Of a stretch of 25,586 bases of DNA, positions 1 through 8,523 are shown in pieces (positions within the stretch are counted from its first letter, which is position 1; the number at the start of each line of letters is the position of its first letter). The stretch is from the NCBI GenBank assembly GCA_016929245.1, contig JAFGJE010000147.1, forward strand, positions 1 to 25,586, given 5' to 3'. The notes under the pieces were generated by a model. That model was not told where the DNA came from and did not search any database. It was given only the letters and a program-made list of their open reading frames with translations. The DNA is from Phycisphaerae bacterium (GTDB lineage Bacteria; Planctomycetota; Phycisphaerae; SM23-33). The translations under genes were made by a program, and so were the position numbers.

Positions 1-203
1 ACGACCTTCTGGATCGGGTAAGGCCATTTCCAGTGCAATCCCGGCCCGCCTTCCGCGCGGCCGTCCACCACCTTCGTGACCTTCCCGAACGTGGTGATCA
101 GCACGATGTCCCGCGTCTCATCGACCACGTAGGAAACCGTCAGCATCAGCAACGTCGCCAACGCCAACAACACCAAAATGACTATTCCCATATGCCGTTT
201 CAT
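1..203 (-). CDS. SPFH/band-7 family protein, HflC-like (N-terminal part only; the gene continues past the left edge of the window)
   Basis: Reverse-complement translation from the ATG at 201-203 gives MKRHMGIVILVLLALATLLMLTVSYVVDETRDIVLITTFGKVTKVVDGRAEGGPGLHWKWPYPIQKV. This is a single N-terminal TM helix followed by the characteristic HflC/HflK start (VV-E-geRgvvlrFGKV ... PGLHfKiPfi). GAAGGA Shine-Dalgarno ~10 nt upstream on the minus strand. The gene lies immediately downstream of the HflK-like gene, matching the canonical hflK-hflC order. The six-frame track does not list it because it is truncated at the window edge. Confidence 0.75.
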   Translation of the reverse strand, partial: MKRHMGIVILVLLALATLLMLTVSYVVDETRDIVLITTFGKVTKVVDGRAEGGPGLHWKWPYPIQKV

Positions 204-215
204 GTCCGTCGTCCT

Positions 216-240
216 TCGTTAACTGGTTAATTGGTTAATT
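216..240. repeat. Short tandem repeat (TTAATTGG)x~3 in the hflK-like/hflC-like intercistronic spacer, directly upstream of the HflC-like RBS
   Basis: Direct reading: aactggttaattggttaattggtttt. A related motif, caataattggtttt, recurs near 6700. Confidence 0.6.
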
Positions 241-288
241 GGTTTTTTGTGTTCTCTTTTCAATCCGCAATCCGCATTCCACAATACT

Positions 289-352
289 ACTCTGCGAAGC
301 GGCGCTTCGCTGCGACTCTGCTTTGCGTAGCGGCTTCGCAGAGCAAAGAGCA
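289..352. repeat. GC-rich nested palindrome / stem-loop in the intercistronic spacer (REP-like or mRNA-processing hairpin)
   Basis: ctctgcgaagc ... gcttcgcagag forms an 11-bp outer stem. Inside it are alternative inner hairpins gcgaagc-ggc-gcttcgc. The element sits 3' of the stop of the 757-aa gene and 5' of the HflC-like start. Confidence 0.55.
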
Positions 353-369
353 CGAGTCCGCAATTCTTC

Positions 370-2643
370 TTACTCCCCCCGCCCTTCGGTCGCCACGTCG
401 AGCACGTCTTTGTCCTGCGTTTCCAGGTTCAATCGCAACTCCAGCAGGTCGCGATTGACGCCCAGGACGTATTTCATCGTATCGGGGAGAGTTTCATCCA
501 GCACGTCCATGTAGCGGCTGAAGCGATAGACCGCCGGGGCCGTCTTGAACGGCAGCAACTGCTGACGGTACAACTCCAGGCGTGTTTTCTCGCTCAGTTC
601 CCGATCCCAGCGGTAGGCCCGCGCTTCGGCGATGAGTTTCGCCGGTTCGCCCTCGAGTTCGTCGAATCGTTCTTCGACAGCCGCCCGGGCGTCGGAAAGC
701 GCCTTGGCGTAATCGAATTCCTTCGGATTCTTTTGGGCGAAGTTCAGTTCCGCCAGAAACGCCTCGTAAGCGAGCTTCAGGCCGAGGCGCGTCTCCAGGT
801 CCGTGTCCTTCTTTCCGAGCAGTTTTTCGCGCTGGATCTCGTCGTTCAGCACGCCGATCTGCCCTGTCGCCTGGTCAATCGCGTCGGTGACGGCGGCGTG
901 GAACTTCGCGGGATCGGATCGGAATTTCATGAGTTCATCGAGCACCTCCGCCCGGTGCAGCGCGACATACAACTGCAGCGCCTTTCCCGGATCGCCGGCG
1001 ACGCTCGCGAGGGTTTTGTTCGCCTCGGCCTGCGCTTCGTAACGCTGCTTGTCCTGGAGGCGTTCGGCTTCCAGGACCTTCTCGAACTGCGGAACCGCCT
1101 CGGAGGGCGGGTGCGCCGAGAGCACCCCGACGTAGAGCAATTCCACGCCGAGTTTCAGTTCGTCCATGCGCGTCTGCAATCTCCCCCGCAGCGCCCGGGC
1201 CGCGGCGGCCCGGCCTGACGTCATCAGCGCCTGGGGCCGGTCCGCCCCCTCGTCCACCACCTCTTCCAGCGTCGCCGAGGCGCAATACTGCATCATCTCC
1301 TGCGTCGCGACGTCGGTGATCAGCGTCTTGGCGTCGGTGGCGCGATAGGCGTACTCGTAGGGATTCGTGACGCGATACTGCACGAGCACCACGAGCTTGA
1401 TGATACTCACTCCGGCGGGCGCTTTTTCGCCGCCTTCGCTTCGCTTCTCGCGCAGCATCGCCGCCCGTTGCGACGCGCCGATCAGGAAATCGTTTTCCAA
1501 CCGCGAACCGTATCCGTGCTCCTCCGTCCAGAGCAGCAGCAGGTTGCCGGACTTGTCGGCCTTGGGCTCCTTCTGCTCGCCCAGGCCCAGTAGAATTTCG
1601 TGCACCTCGCCGGTGCGGATGCGGTCGGCGGTGTCGATCGGCCACGGCCATTTGATGTGCACACCGGGCGGGAGCGGTTCGGCGGCGGGGGAAAGTCGTC
1701 CCCAATGCTTCACGTAGCACACCTCGCCCTCATCGACGATCACCATGCTGCTCAGGCCCATCAGCACCAGCACGCCGAAAATCAGCAGCGGAACGAACGC
1801 GCGGGAGATCAACTGGTAAAACCACGTGCGGGAGACTTCAAACCCGAACTGGTAATTGATCGTGTCGGCGATGGAATGACCCACCCTGCCGGGCTCGGCG
1901 AGCAGGTTGAAAATGCGGCTGTCGTAACTCGGGCGATATTCGTCGCCCGGAAGGCGGGGACGATACAAATCCAGCACGAAATTCAGCAGCATCTCCGCGG
2001 CGAAGATCAACTCGATGATCGGGAAGATCACCGCGATGACCGGATCGAGGGCCGGGTTGCCCGAATAGGCGAACAGCAGATCGACCATCAGGACCGCGAA
2101 GAACAGCACGCACACGAGCATGTAGCTGCCCGGCGCCCGCAGCAGCCGCCAGGACGATACGGAACTCATACCCGTGGAATAGCGGCTTAAAAGGAACATC
2201 GCCATTCCGACGATACCGAGGAATCCCGCCGCCGGACCGGCGTAAATCAGCGCCTTGGCCTCCAGGCCCTGCGCATAGCGGAACATCAGAATCGCCAGCG
2301 TTCCGTGATATCCCGCGAAGAGCAGCGTGAAGATCGGAACCGCCCATCGCCGCAGCGCCGCCAGGCGCCGCCGCGCGGGGCGATCCGCGCCGGCTTCGTC
2401 GAAGATCGTGTCCCGCCGGGTGATTTCCGCCAGCTCCGCCTCTTCCTGGAGCTCCAGCTGCCGGGCGTAAAACAGCAGCATCGTGACGCCCCACAGCAGC
2501 ACCCCGCCCAGGAGCAGCCACAGACTCGTCAGCGCCGCGTCCGATCCGGTCTTCCGCCAGACGATCAGCACCACGACCGTCGCGATCAACTGCAATATCG
2601 CGCCGCCCAGGGCGACGTTTCCGCCTCGTTTCTGTTCGTTCAT
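370..2643 (-). CDS. HflK-like SPFH/band-7 domain membrane protein (757 aa) with an unusually large N-terminal polytopic domain (~290 aa, about 7 predicted TM helices) and a ~300-aa C-terminal coiled-coil-rich extension
   Basis: 757-aa ORF with GAGG/AAGGA upstream of the ATG at 2641-2643. The N-terminus has multiple hydrophobic segments (LQLIATVVVLIVW, LWLLLGGVLLWGVTMLLF, AVPIFTLLFAGYHGTLAILMF, YMLVCVLFFAVLMVDLLFA, VIAVIFPIIELIFAAEMLLNFVL, FVPLLIFGVLVLMGL). An SPFH core follows (MVIVDEGEVCYVKHWGRL ... PGVHIKWPWPID ... VVLVQYRVTNPYEY). The tail is charged and coiled-coil-like. The next gene downstream is HflC-like. Confidence 0.8.
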   Translation of the reverse strand: MNEQKRGGNVALGGAILQLIATVVVLIVWRKTGSDAALTSLWLLLGGVLLWGVTMLLFYARQLELQEEAELAEITRRDTIFDEAGADRPARRRLAALRRWAVPIFTLLFAGYHGTLAILMFRYAQGLEAKALIYAGPAAGFLGIVGMAMFLLSRYSTGMSSVSSWRLLRAPGSYMLVCVLFFAVLMVDLLFAYSGNPALDPVIAVIFPIIELIFAAEMLLNFVLDLYRPRLPGDEYRPSYDSRIFNLLAEPGRVGHSIADTINYQFGFEVSRTWFYQLISRAFVPLLIFGVLVLMGLSSMVIVDEGEVCYVKHWGRLSPAAEPLPPGVHIKWPWPIDTADRIRTGEVHEILLGLGEQKEPKADKSGNLLLLWTEEHGYGSRLENDFLIGASQRAAMLREKRSEGGEKAPAGVSIIKLVVLVQYRVTNPYEYAYRATDAKTLITDVATQEMMQYCASATLEEVVDEGADRPQALMTSGRAAAARALRGRLQTRMDELKLGVELLYVGVLSAHPPSEAVPQFEKVLEAERLQDKQRYEAQAEANKTLASVAGDPGKALQLYVALHRAEVLDELMKFRSDPAKFHAAVTDAIDQATGQIGVLNDEIQREKLLGKKDTDLETRLGLKLAYEAFLAELNFAQKNPKEFDYAKALSDARAAVEERFDELEGEPAKLIAEARAYRWDRELSEKTRLELYRQQLLPFKTAPAVYRFSRYMDVLDETLPDTMKYVLGVNRDLLELRLNLETQDKDVLDVATEGRGE

Positions 2644-2685
2644 TCCTTCGCCTCAATTATCCAAATACGGATTCATTTATTGATT

Positions 2686-2846
2686 CACAGCCCGAAGGGC
2701 TGAAGCACCATAGCCCAGGGCAACGCCCTGGGGAAACGGACACCGATTCATCCAAGCCCTGTAAGGGCGATACGGATTGTCGCGCCCTTACAGGGCTTAT
2801 TTTATACATCATTCTAAAACCCAGGGCTTCGCCCTGGGCTATGCTG
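2686..2846. repeat. Complex palindromic intergenic element (repeat family C, copy 1) in the divergent region between the HflK-like and ABC-2 permease genes
   Basis: Small hairpin cagcccgaagggctg. Outer 12-bp stem catagcccaggg ... ccctgggctatg, each end carrying a mini-hairpin cccagggc-NNN-gccctggg. Inner 14-bp stem gccctgtaagggcg ... cgcccttacagggc. Shares the motifs AGCCCT(A/G)TA(A/G)GGGCG and CCCTTACAG with the element at 18801-18894. Confidence 0.6.
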
Positions 2847-2923
2847 TTTTCGCCTTGCAGGCGATGTTTCTGAATACGACATAACCTGTTTTCAGTGAGA
2901 AACCGCGTTTTCAATATGACTCG

Positions 2924-4363
2924 TTGTTTACAATACCCCGGTGTGATCCTACAATCCCGGACATGACTGCACTCTGGTCCATCGCGAAAAATACGTTCGT
3001 CCAGACAATCCGTCAGCCGATCTTCGGGTTCCTGCTGCTCGTGACGTTTCTCATGCTGACGGTGGTCAACCTGCCGTTGTCCGGCTGGACGATGGGCTCC
3101 GAATACACCACTTCCGATCAACGCATGCTGGAAAACGCCGGACTCGGAACGCTGCTGGTGGCGGGGATGTTCGCCGCGGCGTTCTGCGCCTCCGCGGCGG
3201 TCAGCCGCGAAATCGACGACAAAACCGTCCTGAGCGTCATTTCCAAACCCGTCCCGCGAAGCCTGTTCGTGCTGGGAAAGTACATCGGGCTGGTGCTGGC
3301 CGTGACGGTGTTCTATTACCTCTCGTCGGCTGCCTTTCTGATGACCGTCCGACACAAGGTCGTCTCCAACGCCTCGACGCCGATCAATTGGCCGGTCGTC
3401 GTCATCGGCGTCTCGGCGTTTCTCCTGGCGATGATCGTCGCGGGATTGGGCAACTACGTTTTCGGATGGACGTTTCTCTCGTCGGCCGTCATCACGCTGC
3501 TGATTACCCTCACCGCCGCGATGGTCGCGCTGAGCATGATCGGCGTGAAGTGGGAACTGGTGTCCGTCAGCGAAACCTTCGGCCCGGAGCACATTCGCCC
3601 GCAACTGCTGGTGGGTCTCGTGCTGATGTTCGAGGCGGTGCTGCTTCTGGTCGCCGTCGCCGTGGCAGCCAGCACGCGCCTGGGACTGATCCTCACGCTG
3701 CTGCTGTGCGTGGGCGTGCTGCTGCTCGGTTCGATGCTTCCCTGGTTGACGCGCCGTTTGAGCGAGTCGCTTCCCGGATCGGCCCCGGTCGGATGGGTGC
3801 TTCCGAACCTGACGATCTTCTATCCCCTCGACGCCCTGGCGGCCAATCGCGACATCTCCGCCCAGGCCGTCGGCATGGCGACGCTGTACTTCGCGTGCTA
3901 CTCCGCGGGGGTGCTGGCGCTGGGGATGAGCCTGTTCCACTCCCGGCAGCTCGAGGGGCAAACGTCGGCTTCGACGCTGCCCGGCGCGGTGGCGTTGATC
4001 AGCGGCCTGGGACGCATCGGCGCGATCGGAGTGGCGATCCTCGCCGTGATCCTGCTGTTCCGTCCCGAAACGTACACCCCCTGGGGCGCGGTTCGCGTGG
4101 CGATTCCGATCGCGGCCGCCGTCGGCGGATGGGCGCTGTTCAGCCTGTTCGGCAAGGGGCAAAAACTCGCCTACTGGATTCTGCTCGGATTGATCGTCGC
4201 GATATTGCTCCGCGCGGGACTGGTGTGGTTCATGCCCGACGACGTCAACTGGCTGCGATGGGATGAAACGCGAACGCGGACCCTCTTCGGCGCGATCTTC
4301 GCCGCGCTGGTATTGCTCGGTCTGCTGGTTCCCAAAACACGCCATCATTTTCAATCTCGCTAA
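2924..4363 (+). CDS. ABC-2 family transporter permease (479 aa, polytopic). No ATPase partner is present in the window.
   Basis: Strongly hydrophobic multi-TM protein. The N-terminal region matches the ABC-2 permease signature (ALWSIAKNTFVQTIRQPIFGFLLLVTFLML ... SREIDDKTVLSVISKPVPRSLFVLGKYIGL, compare E-x-GTLE-LL-tPvsR...GK). The start could alternatively be M at 2963 (MTALWSIAKN). Confidence 0.75.
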   Translation: MFTIPRCDPTIPDMTALWSIAKNTFVQTIRQPIFGFLLLVTFLMLTVVNLPLSGWTMGSEYTTSDQRMLENAGLGTLLVAGMFAAAFCASAAVSREIDDKTVLSVISKPVPRSLFVLGKYIGLVLAVTVFYYLSSAAFLMTVRHKVVSNASTPINWPVVVIGVSAFLLAMIVAGLGNYVFGWTFLSSAVITLLITLTAAMVALSMIGVKWELVSVSETFGPEHIRPQLLVGLVLMFEAVLLLVAVAVAASTRLGLILTLLLCVGVLLLGSMLPWLTRRLSESLPGSAPVGWVLPNLTIFYPLDALAANRDISAQAVGMATLYFACYSAGVLALGMSLFHSRQLEGQTSASTLPGAVALISGLGRIGAIGVAILAVILLFRPETYTPWGAVRVAIPIAAAVGGWALFSLFGKGQKLAYWILLGLIVAILLRAGLVWFMPDDVNWLRWDETRTRTLFGAIFAALVLLGLLVPKTRHHFQSR

Positions 4364-4374
4364 AACTTTTTTAC

Positions 4375-4475
4375 ATCCGACACTGAGTTCCTGAGATACT
4401 GAGAAGAGTCTTTTTTATTAAAAAATAAACTCTTCTCAGTATCTTCTCAGTATCTCAGGAACTCAGTGTCGGATT
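4375..4475. terminator. Very long bidirectional rho-independent terminator: ~100-bp palindrome with an AT-only loop, between convergent genes (permease stop 4363, P-type ATPase stop 4480)
   Basis: atccgacactgagttcctgagatactgagaagagt - cttttttattaaaaaataaa - actcttctcagtatcttctcagtatctcaggaactcagtgtcggat. The right arm carries an internal tandem duplication of tatcttctcag. T-runs follow on both strands. Confidence 0.8.
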
Positions 4476-4479
4476 TTCT

Positions 4480-6492
4480 TTATGTCGTCGCCACGCGCTC
4501 CACCTTCGGGGCCGCCGCTTCTTCGTCGGGTTTGTCGCTCGCGTGGAGTTCCTCGCCCAGACGCACGAGTCTCGCGCTGTTGAAGATCACCACCGTCGCG
4601 CCGACGGTGTGCAGAATCGCGCCCCAGATGGGGGGAATCTTGCCCAGCCCGGCCATCACCATGAAGGCGATGATGAATCCCACGCCGAACAGCAGATTCT
4701 GGTGAATCACCGTGCTGGTGCGGCGGGAAAGATGAATCAGAAACGGCAGGCGCTTCAGGTCGTTATTCAGCAGCGCGATATTGGCGGAGTTGATCGCCAC
4801 GTCAGAACCCGCGGCGCCCATGGCGATGGACAAATCGCCCGCCGCCAGCGCCGGCGCGTCATTGACGCCGTCGCCGACCACCGCGACGCGCTGCCCGGCT
4901 TTGCGCATCGAACCGACGAGTTCGAGCTTGTCAGCCGGGAGGGCTTCGGCTTGCACTTCCGTGCAGCCCATCTCGCGCGCGACGCGCCGCGCGACGCTCC
5001 AGCGGTCGCCGGTGATCATCGCCAGTTCGCGGATGCCTTCGTTGTGCAGTTGCTGCATCGCTTCCCTGGCTTCTTCGCGGGTGCGGTCTTCCAGACCGAT
5101 CCAGCCGAGAACCTTCGAATCCCGCACGACGTACAGCGTGGAAAGACCTTCGGGTTCGGCGTATTTCTCGTCGGACATGCTGTCGAAGGAAATCCCCTGC
5201 TCTTCCAGCCAATTCTTTCGGCCGATGCGGACTTCGTTTCCACCGAGGGTGGCTTTGACGCCCAATCCCGAAACTTCCTCAAAGTGCGTCGGCTTGGGCA
5301 TGTCGACCTTGGCCTTGCGTCCGATCGCCACGACCGCCTGGGCGACGGGGTGCCGGCTCATCTGTTCCGTAGCCGCGGCGGTCGCGAGCAGGTCCGCGCC
5401 GTCGACGTTCGGGGCGGGCATCATGCGCGTCACGGACAACTCGCCGGTCGTCAGCGTTCCGGTTTTGTCGAACACGAAGGCGGTCAAATCCTTCGCCACT
5501 TCGAGCATCGATACGTCCTTGACTAAGATTCCAAGACGGGCCGCGCAGCTCAATGCCGCCACCATCGCCGTCGGGACCGCCAGCACCAGCGCGCACGGGC
5601 AGGCGACCACGAGCATCGTGACGGCCCGGCTGCCGTCGCGCGTGAAGTACAGCACCGTCGCGGCGATCATCAGGATCGTCGGCGTGTAGAATCCCGCGTA
5701 ACGGTCCACCAGGCGCATGATCGGGTGGCGGGTGGCTTCTGCCTGCAGGATGAGTTTTTTGACCCTGCCGAGGGTCGTGTCCTCGCCGGCGCGAGTGACC
5801 TTCACGTCCATCGCGCCGGAAAGGTTGTTCGTGCCGGAAAACACCTCGTCCCCGGCGTCCTTGTCGACCGGCAGCGACTCGCCGGTGACGTTGGCCTGGT
5901 TGACGGACGACCTGCCGGTGATCACCTCGCCGTCGGCGGGGATATTTTCGCCCGGGCGCACGCGGACGACGTCGCCCTCGCGGAGATCCTTCGGGTCCAC
6001 TTGCTCCTCGCCGCCGTCGGGCGTGAGGCGGACGGCCTTCTTCGGTGCCAGGCGGATGAGGCTCTCGATGCTCGCCCGCGCGCCCAGCGCGGTGCGGGTT
6101 TCGATGAGATTCGCCAGCAGCAGGAAGAACGCCACCACCCCGGCGGCCTGGAAGTCCAGCGACGCCAAGGCGGCGACTACCGCCAGCGCCACAAGCTCGT
6201 CCATGTGCGCATGGCCCCGGAAGAGTTCCTTCAGCGCGTGGACGACAATCGGAACGCCCAGCAGCAGCGCCCCGGCCAGCGCCAGCCAGTCGCGGTAGGG
6301 ATTTTGTCCGTCGGGCGTGGTGTAGTCCGAGAACAACCACCCGGCGATATAACTCAGCAGCACCAGCACCCCGCCGGCGAGAATGCCGACGATCAACAGC
6401 GCCGCCCGACCCGTCTGGGCCTTGACCGAATCCTGCAAAATGTCATGGGCCATTCGTTCACTCCAACCTTCGCGCCGCCAACCCGACTCCAT
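4480..6492 (-). CDS. Heavy-metal-translocating P1B-type ATPase (670 aa), CPC type. It lacks an N-terminal HMA/CxxC metal-binding domain.
   Basis: Motifs TGES (VTGESLPV), the CPC transmembrane metal site (VVACPCALVLAVP), DKTGTLT phosphorylation site, HP (SRHP), GDGVNDAPAL hinge, 8-TM topology. The protein starts directly with TM helices. The start could instead be MAHDILQ (residue 14), which has a better GGAG spacing. Confidence 0.9.
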   Translation of the reverse strand: MESGWRREGWSERMAHDILQDSVKAQTGRAALLIVGILAGGVLVLLSYIAGWLFSDYTTPDGQNPYRDWLALAGALLLGVPIVVHALKELFRGHAHMDELVALAVVAALASLDFQAAGVVAFFLLLANLIETRTALGARASIESLIRLAPKKAVRLTPDGGEEQVDPKDLREGDVVRVRPGENIPADGEVITGRSSVNQANVTGESLPVDKDAGDEVFSGTNNLSGAMDVKVTRAGEDTTLGRVKKLILQAEATRHPIMRLVDRYAGFYTPTILMIAATVLYFTRDGSRAVTMLVVACPCALVLAVPTAMVAALSCAARLGILVKDVSMLEVAKDLTAFVFDKTGTLTTGELSVTRMMPAPNVDGADLLATAAATEQMSRHPVAQAVVAIGRKAKVDMPKPTHFEEVSGLGVKATLGGNEVRIGRKNWLEEQGISFDSMSDEKYAEPEGLSTLYVVRDSKVLGWIGLEDRTREEAREAMQQLHNEGIRELAMITGDRWSVARRVAREMGCTEVQAEALPADKLELVGSMRKAGQRVAVVGDGVNDAPALAAGDLSIAMGAAGSDVAINSANIALLNNDLKRLPFLIHLSRRTSTVIHQNLLFGVGFIIAFMVMAGLGKIPPIWGAILHTVGATVVIFNSARLVRLGEELHASDKPDEEAAAPKVERVATT

Positions 6493-7022
6493 CCGGTCGA
6501 TTCCGCGAAGTACTTTGGCTGTGACAAGATATATCCAGAGCGTACCAATCGACGCGTCACAATCGCTACCCGCCGATGAGGCTGATTGTACTGATCGCGC
6601 CGCGCGGGGAAAAGTAAAATCCTATTCCATCCAACACCGCCGACTATATAAACTTGCATACGACGCCCGCGAAGGGAAGGTTCGTGAAAAAAATAATTTC
6701 AATAATTGGTTTTGAGTAATACCGCCCCACCAGAATTTCCGTGCATTCATTGTCTTTGGGTCGGAGTTGTCGAAACGTCGGAAATAATGTATACTGAAAT
6801 AATAAGGACAGCTTCGCTTCAAGATGGAAACAGACTCCCCCCACCTTACCGGCCGCGATTCGGAATCCCGCGCGCAAAGCGGGACGGAAATTTCGTTCGG
6901 ATTCGCCTAACCCCCGACAACGACGAATTAAATATTTTTTTCAGAAATAATCGATACTTCGCTTCCCGCGACATCCTTTGCGCGCGCAAAAGCGGTCTTT
7001 CGGCGGAAAAATTCAGATTCAG
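6493..7022. promoter_or_regulatory. 530-bp non-coding region, AT-richer than the window overall (5' leader/promoter of the P-type ATPase and 3' flank of cls), containing several small perfect palindromes
   Basis: No convincing ORF in any frame. Palindromes gattcggaatc (~6856), cccgcgcgcaaagcggg hairpin (~6864), cgaaatttcg (~6884) and ctttgcgcgcgcaaaag (~6974, 17-bp perfect palindrome ~30 nt 3' of the cls stop, a likely cls terminator stem). The motif caataattggtttt is shared with the 216-240 repeat. Confidence 0.5.
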
Positions 7023-8441
7023 TTACAGCAACGGCGAGAGCATCCGGACCACGCCTTCCAGCAGGTCGCGGACGGGGCCTGCTTTTTTCATCCCCTGCTC
7101 GGTCCGCTTCGCCAGCGTCTCGATCCACTGACGGGTGGCGGCGATGTCATCGTCGGAATACATGAACATCGCCACCTCGTAGTTCAGGAACAAACTCCGG
7201 ATGTCGAAGTTCGCCGAACCGATCACCGCCAGCGCGTCGTCCACGAGCATCACCTTGGCGTGCATCATTCCGGGCGTGTAGAAATGAATACTCACTCCCG
7301 CGGCGTCCAGCTCGCGCAGGTACGGGCCTCGCGCCCAGTTGGTCAGCCTCTGGTTGCTCTTGCGCGGGATGTACAATCGCACGTCCACCCCGCGATGCCG
7401 CGCGAGGCGAAAGGCGTGGATGAGCGTGTCGTCGGGCACGAAATACGGCGTGACGACCCAGACGCGACGCTGGGCCTCGAACATCGCCGAAACCAGCGCG
7501 TCGTACAGCGGATCGCCCGGAACATCCGGGCCCGAGGGCGTGACCTGCACGATCGCGCCGTAACCGTCCTGCCGGACCGGCGCGGGGAACGATTCGGGCG
7601 TCTCCAGCGCCTCGCCGCTGACGAACTCCCAGTCCAGCCGGAAAATTTCCGCGTACACGCCGACCTCGGGCCCTTCCAGAACGAACGACAAATCCGCCCA
7701 GCGTCCCTCCTTCGGCGCGGGCCCGATGTATTCCTCGGCGATGTTCGTCCCGCCGGCCATCGCGATCTTGTCGTCCACGACCACGATCTTGCGATGGTTC
7801 CGCAGGTCCATGCGATTCCGCCAGGGACGATAGAAAATCGGGTTGAAATGCACCGCCCTGCCGCCCGCGGCGATGAGCTTTTTCAATTTTCGCCGTTTGA
7901 GTTTGTGCGACCCCACCCCGTCGACCAGCAGGCGCACGCGAACGCCCGCCGCCGCCTTTCGCGTCAGGCGATCGAGAACCTCCATGCCCACGTCGTCGGG
8001 ATGAAAGACGTACGTGGCGATGTGAATCGATTTCGTCGCGCCGTCGATCATCTCCACCAGGCGGGCGTAACCTTCCTGTCCTTCCGAGCACAGACGCACG
8101 CGATGCCCCGCCGCGGCGCCGGGCAGCTCGTAGGATCGGATCAGGCGGTCGATCACGTGGGCTTCGTGGGACGGCAAGGCCACGTGGGCCTTGCGAAGTT
8201 CCAGGTGGGCTTTGCGGTCGCGGCGGCGCTTCATCTTCCGTCCGCCCAGCAGCAGGTACAACGGCACGCCGACGTAGGGCAGCAGGAGGATCACGAGCAG
8301 CCAGGCGATCGTGCCCGAGGGCGACCGCTTCTGCCGGATGATATGCGCGATAAACAGAAACGCGATCAGAAAGCCGACAATGATCGCCACATGCGTAAGA
8401 ATCGTCCAGAGCGTTTCCGTGCCCATTGACGTACTCCCCAA
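7023..8441 (-). CDS. cls: Cardiolipin synthase (phospholipase D superfamily, two HKD motifs), 472 aa
   Basis: Two N-terminal TM helices, then two HxKxxxxD motifs (NHRKIVVVDD and MHAKVMLVDD) with GSANFD. Length and architecture are typical of bacterial Cls. Confidence 0.9.
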   Translation of the reverse strand: MGSTSMGTETLWTILTHVAIIVGFLIAFLFIAHIIRQKRSPSGTIAWLLVILLLPYVGVPLYLLLGGRKMKRRRDRKAHLELRKAHVALPSHEAHVIDRLIRSYELPGAAAGHRVRLCSEGQEGYARLVEMIDGATKSIHIATYVFHPDDVGMEVLDRLTRKAAAGVRVRLLVDGVGSHKLKRRKLKKLIAAGGRAVHFNPIFYRPWRNRMDLRNHRKIVVVDDKIAMAGGTNIAEEYIGPAPKEGRWADLSFVLEGPEVGVYAEIFRLDWEFVSGEALETPESFPAPVRQDGYGAIVQVTPSGPDVPGDPLYDALVSAMFEAQRRVWVVTPYFVPDDTLIHAFRLARHRGVDVRLYIPRKSNQRLTNWARGPYLRELDAAGVSIHFYTPGMMHAKVMLVDDALAVIGSANFDIRSLFLNYEVAMFMYSDDDIAATRQWIETLAKRTEQGMKKAGPVRDLLEGVVRMLSPLL

Positions 8442-8458
8442 AAGATTGCTTCATACCG

Positions 8459-8518
8459 ACAGCGCCGAGCGGCAAGCCGATACCGACACCGGCTTGCCGC
8501 TCGGCGCTGTTCTTTTTT
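8459..8518. repeat. GC-rich hairpin plus T-run (repeat family D, copy 1), terminator-like on the + strand, but located just upstream of the minus-strand cls start where no + strand gene ends
   Basis: acagcgccgagcggcaagccg - ataccgacac - cggcttgccgctcggcgctgt followed by tcttttttcc. The 21-nt left arm is identical to the pfk terminator stem at 25424-25444. Confidence 0.7.
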
Positions 8519-8523
8519 CCGGT

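Noticed and set aside
733-2656. Multiple overlapping ORFs (733-1218 +, 935-1720 -, 1600-2190 +, 1838-2656 -) inside the HflK-like gene
   Set aside because: Their translations are Arg/Gly/Ala-rich low complexity. The 757-aa frame alone has coherent TM helices and an SPFH domain.
2657-4354. 565-aa minus-strand ORF antisense to the ABC-2 permease gene
   Set aside because: Its composition is extreme R/D/Q/H/E/G low complexity with no hydrophobic core. It is fully antisense to a well-supported membrane-protein gene. This is a typical spurious long ORF in high-GC DNA.
6978-8475. 483-aa plus-strand ORF and 442-aa alternative-frame minus-strand ORF overlapping cls
   Set aside because: No recognisable motifs and biased composition. 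The cls frame carries both HKD motifs.
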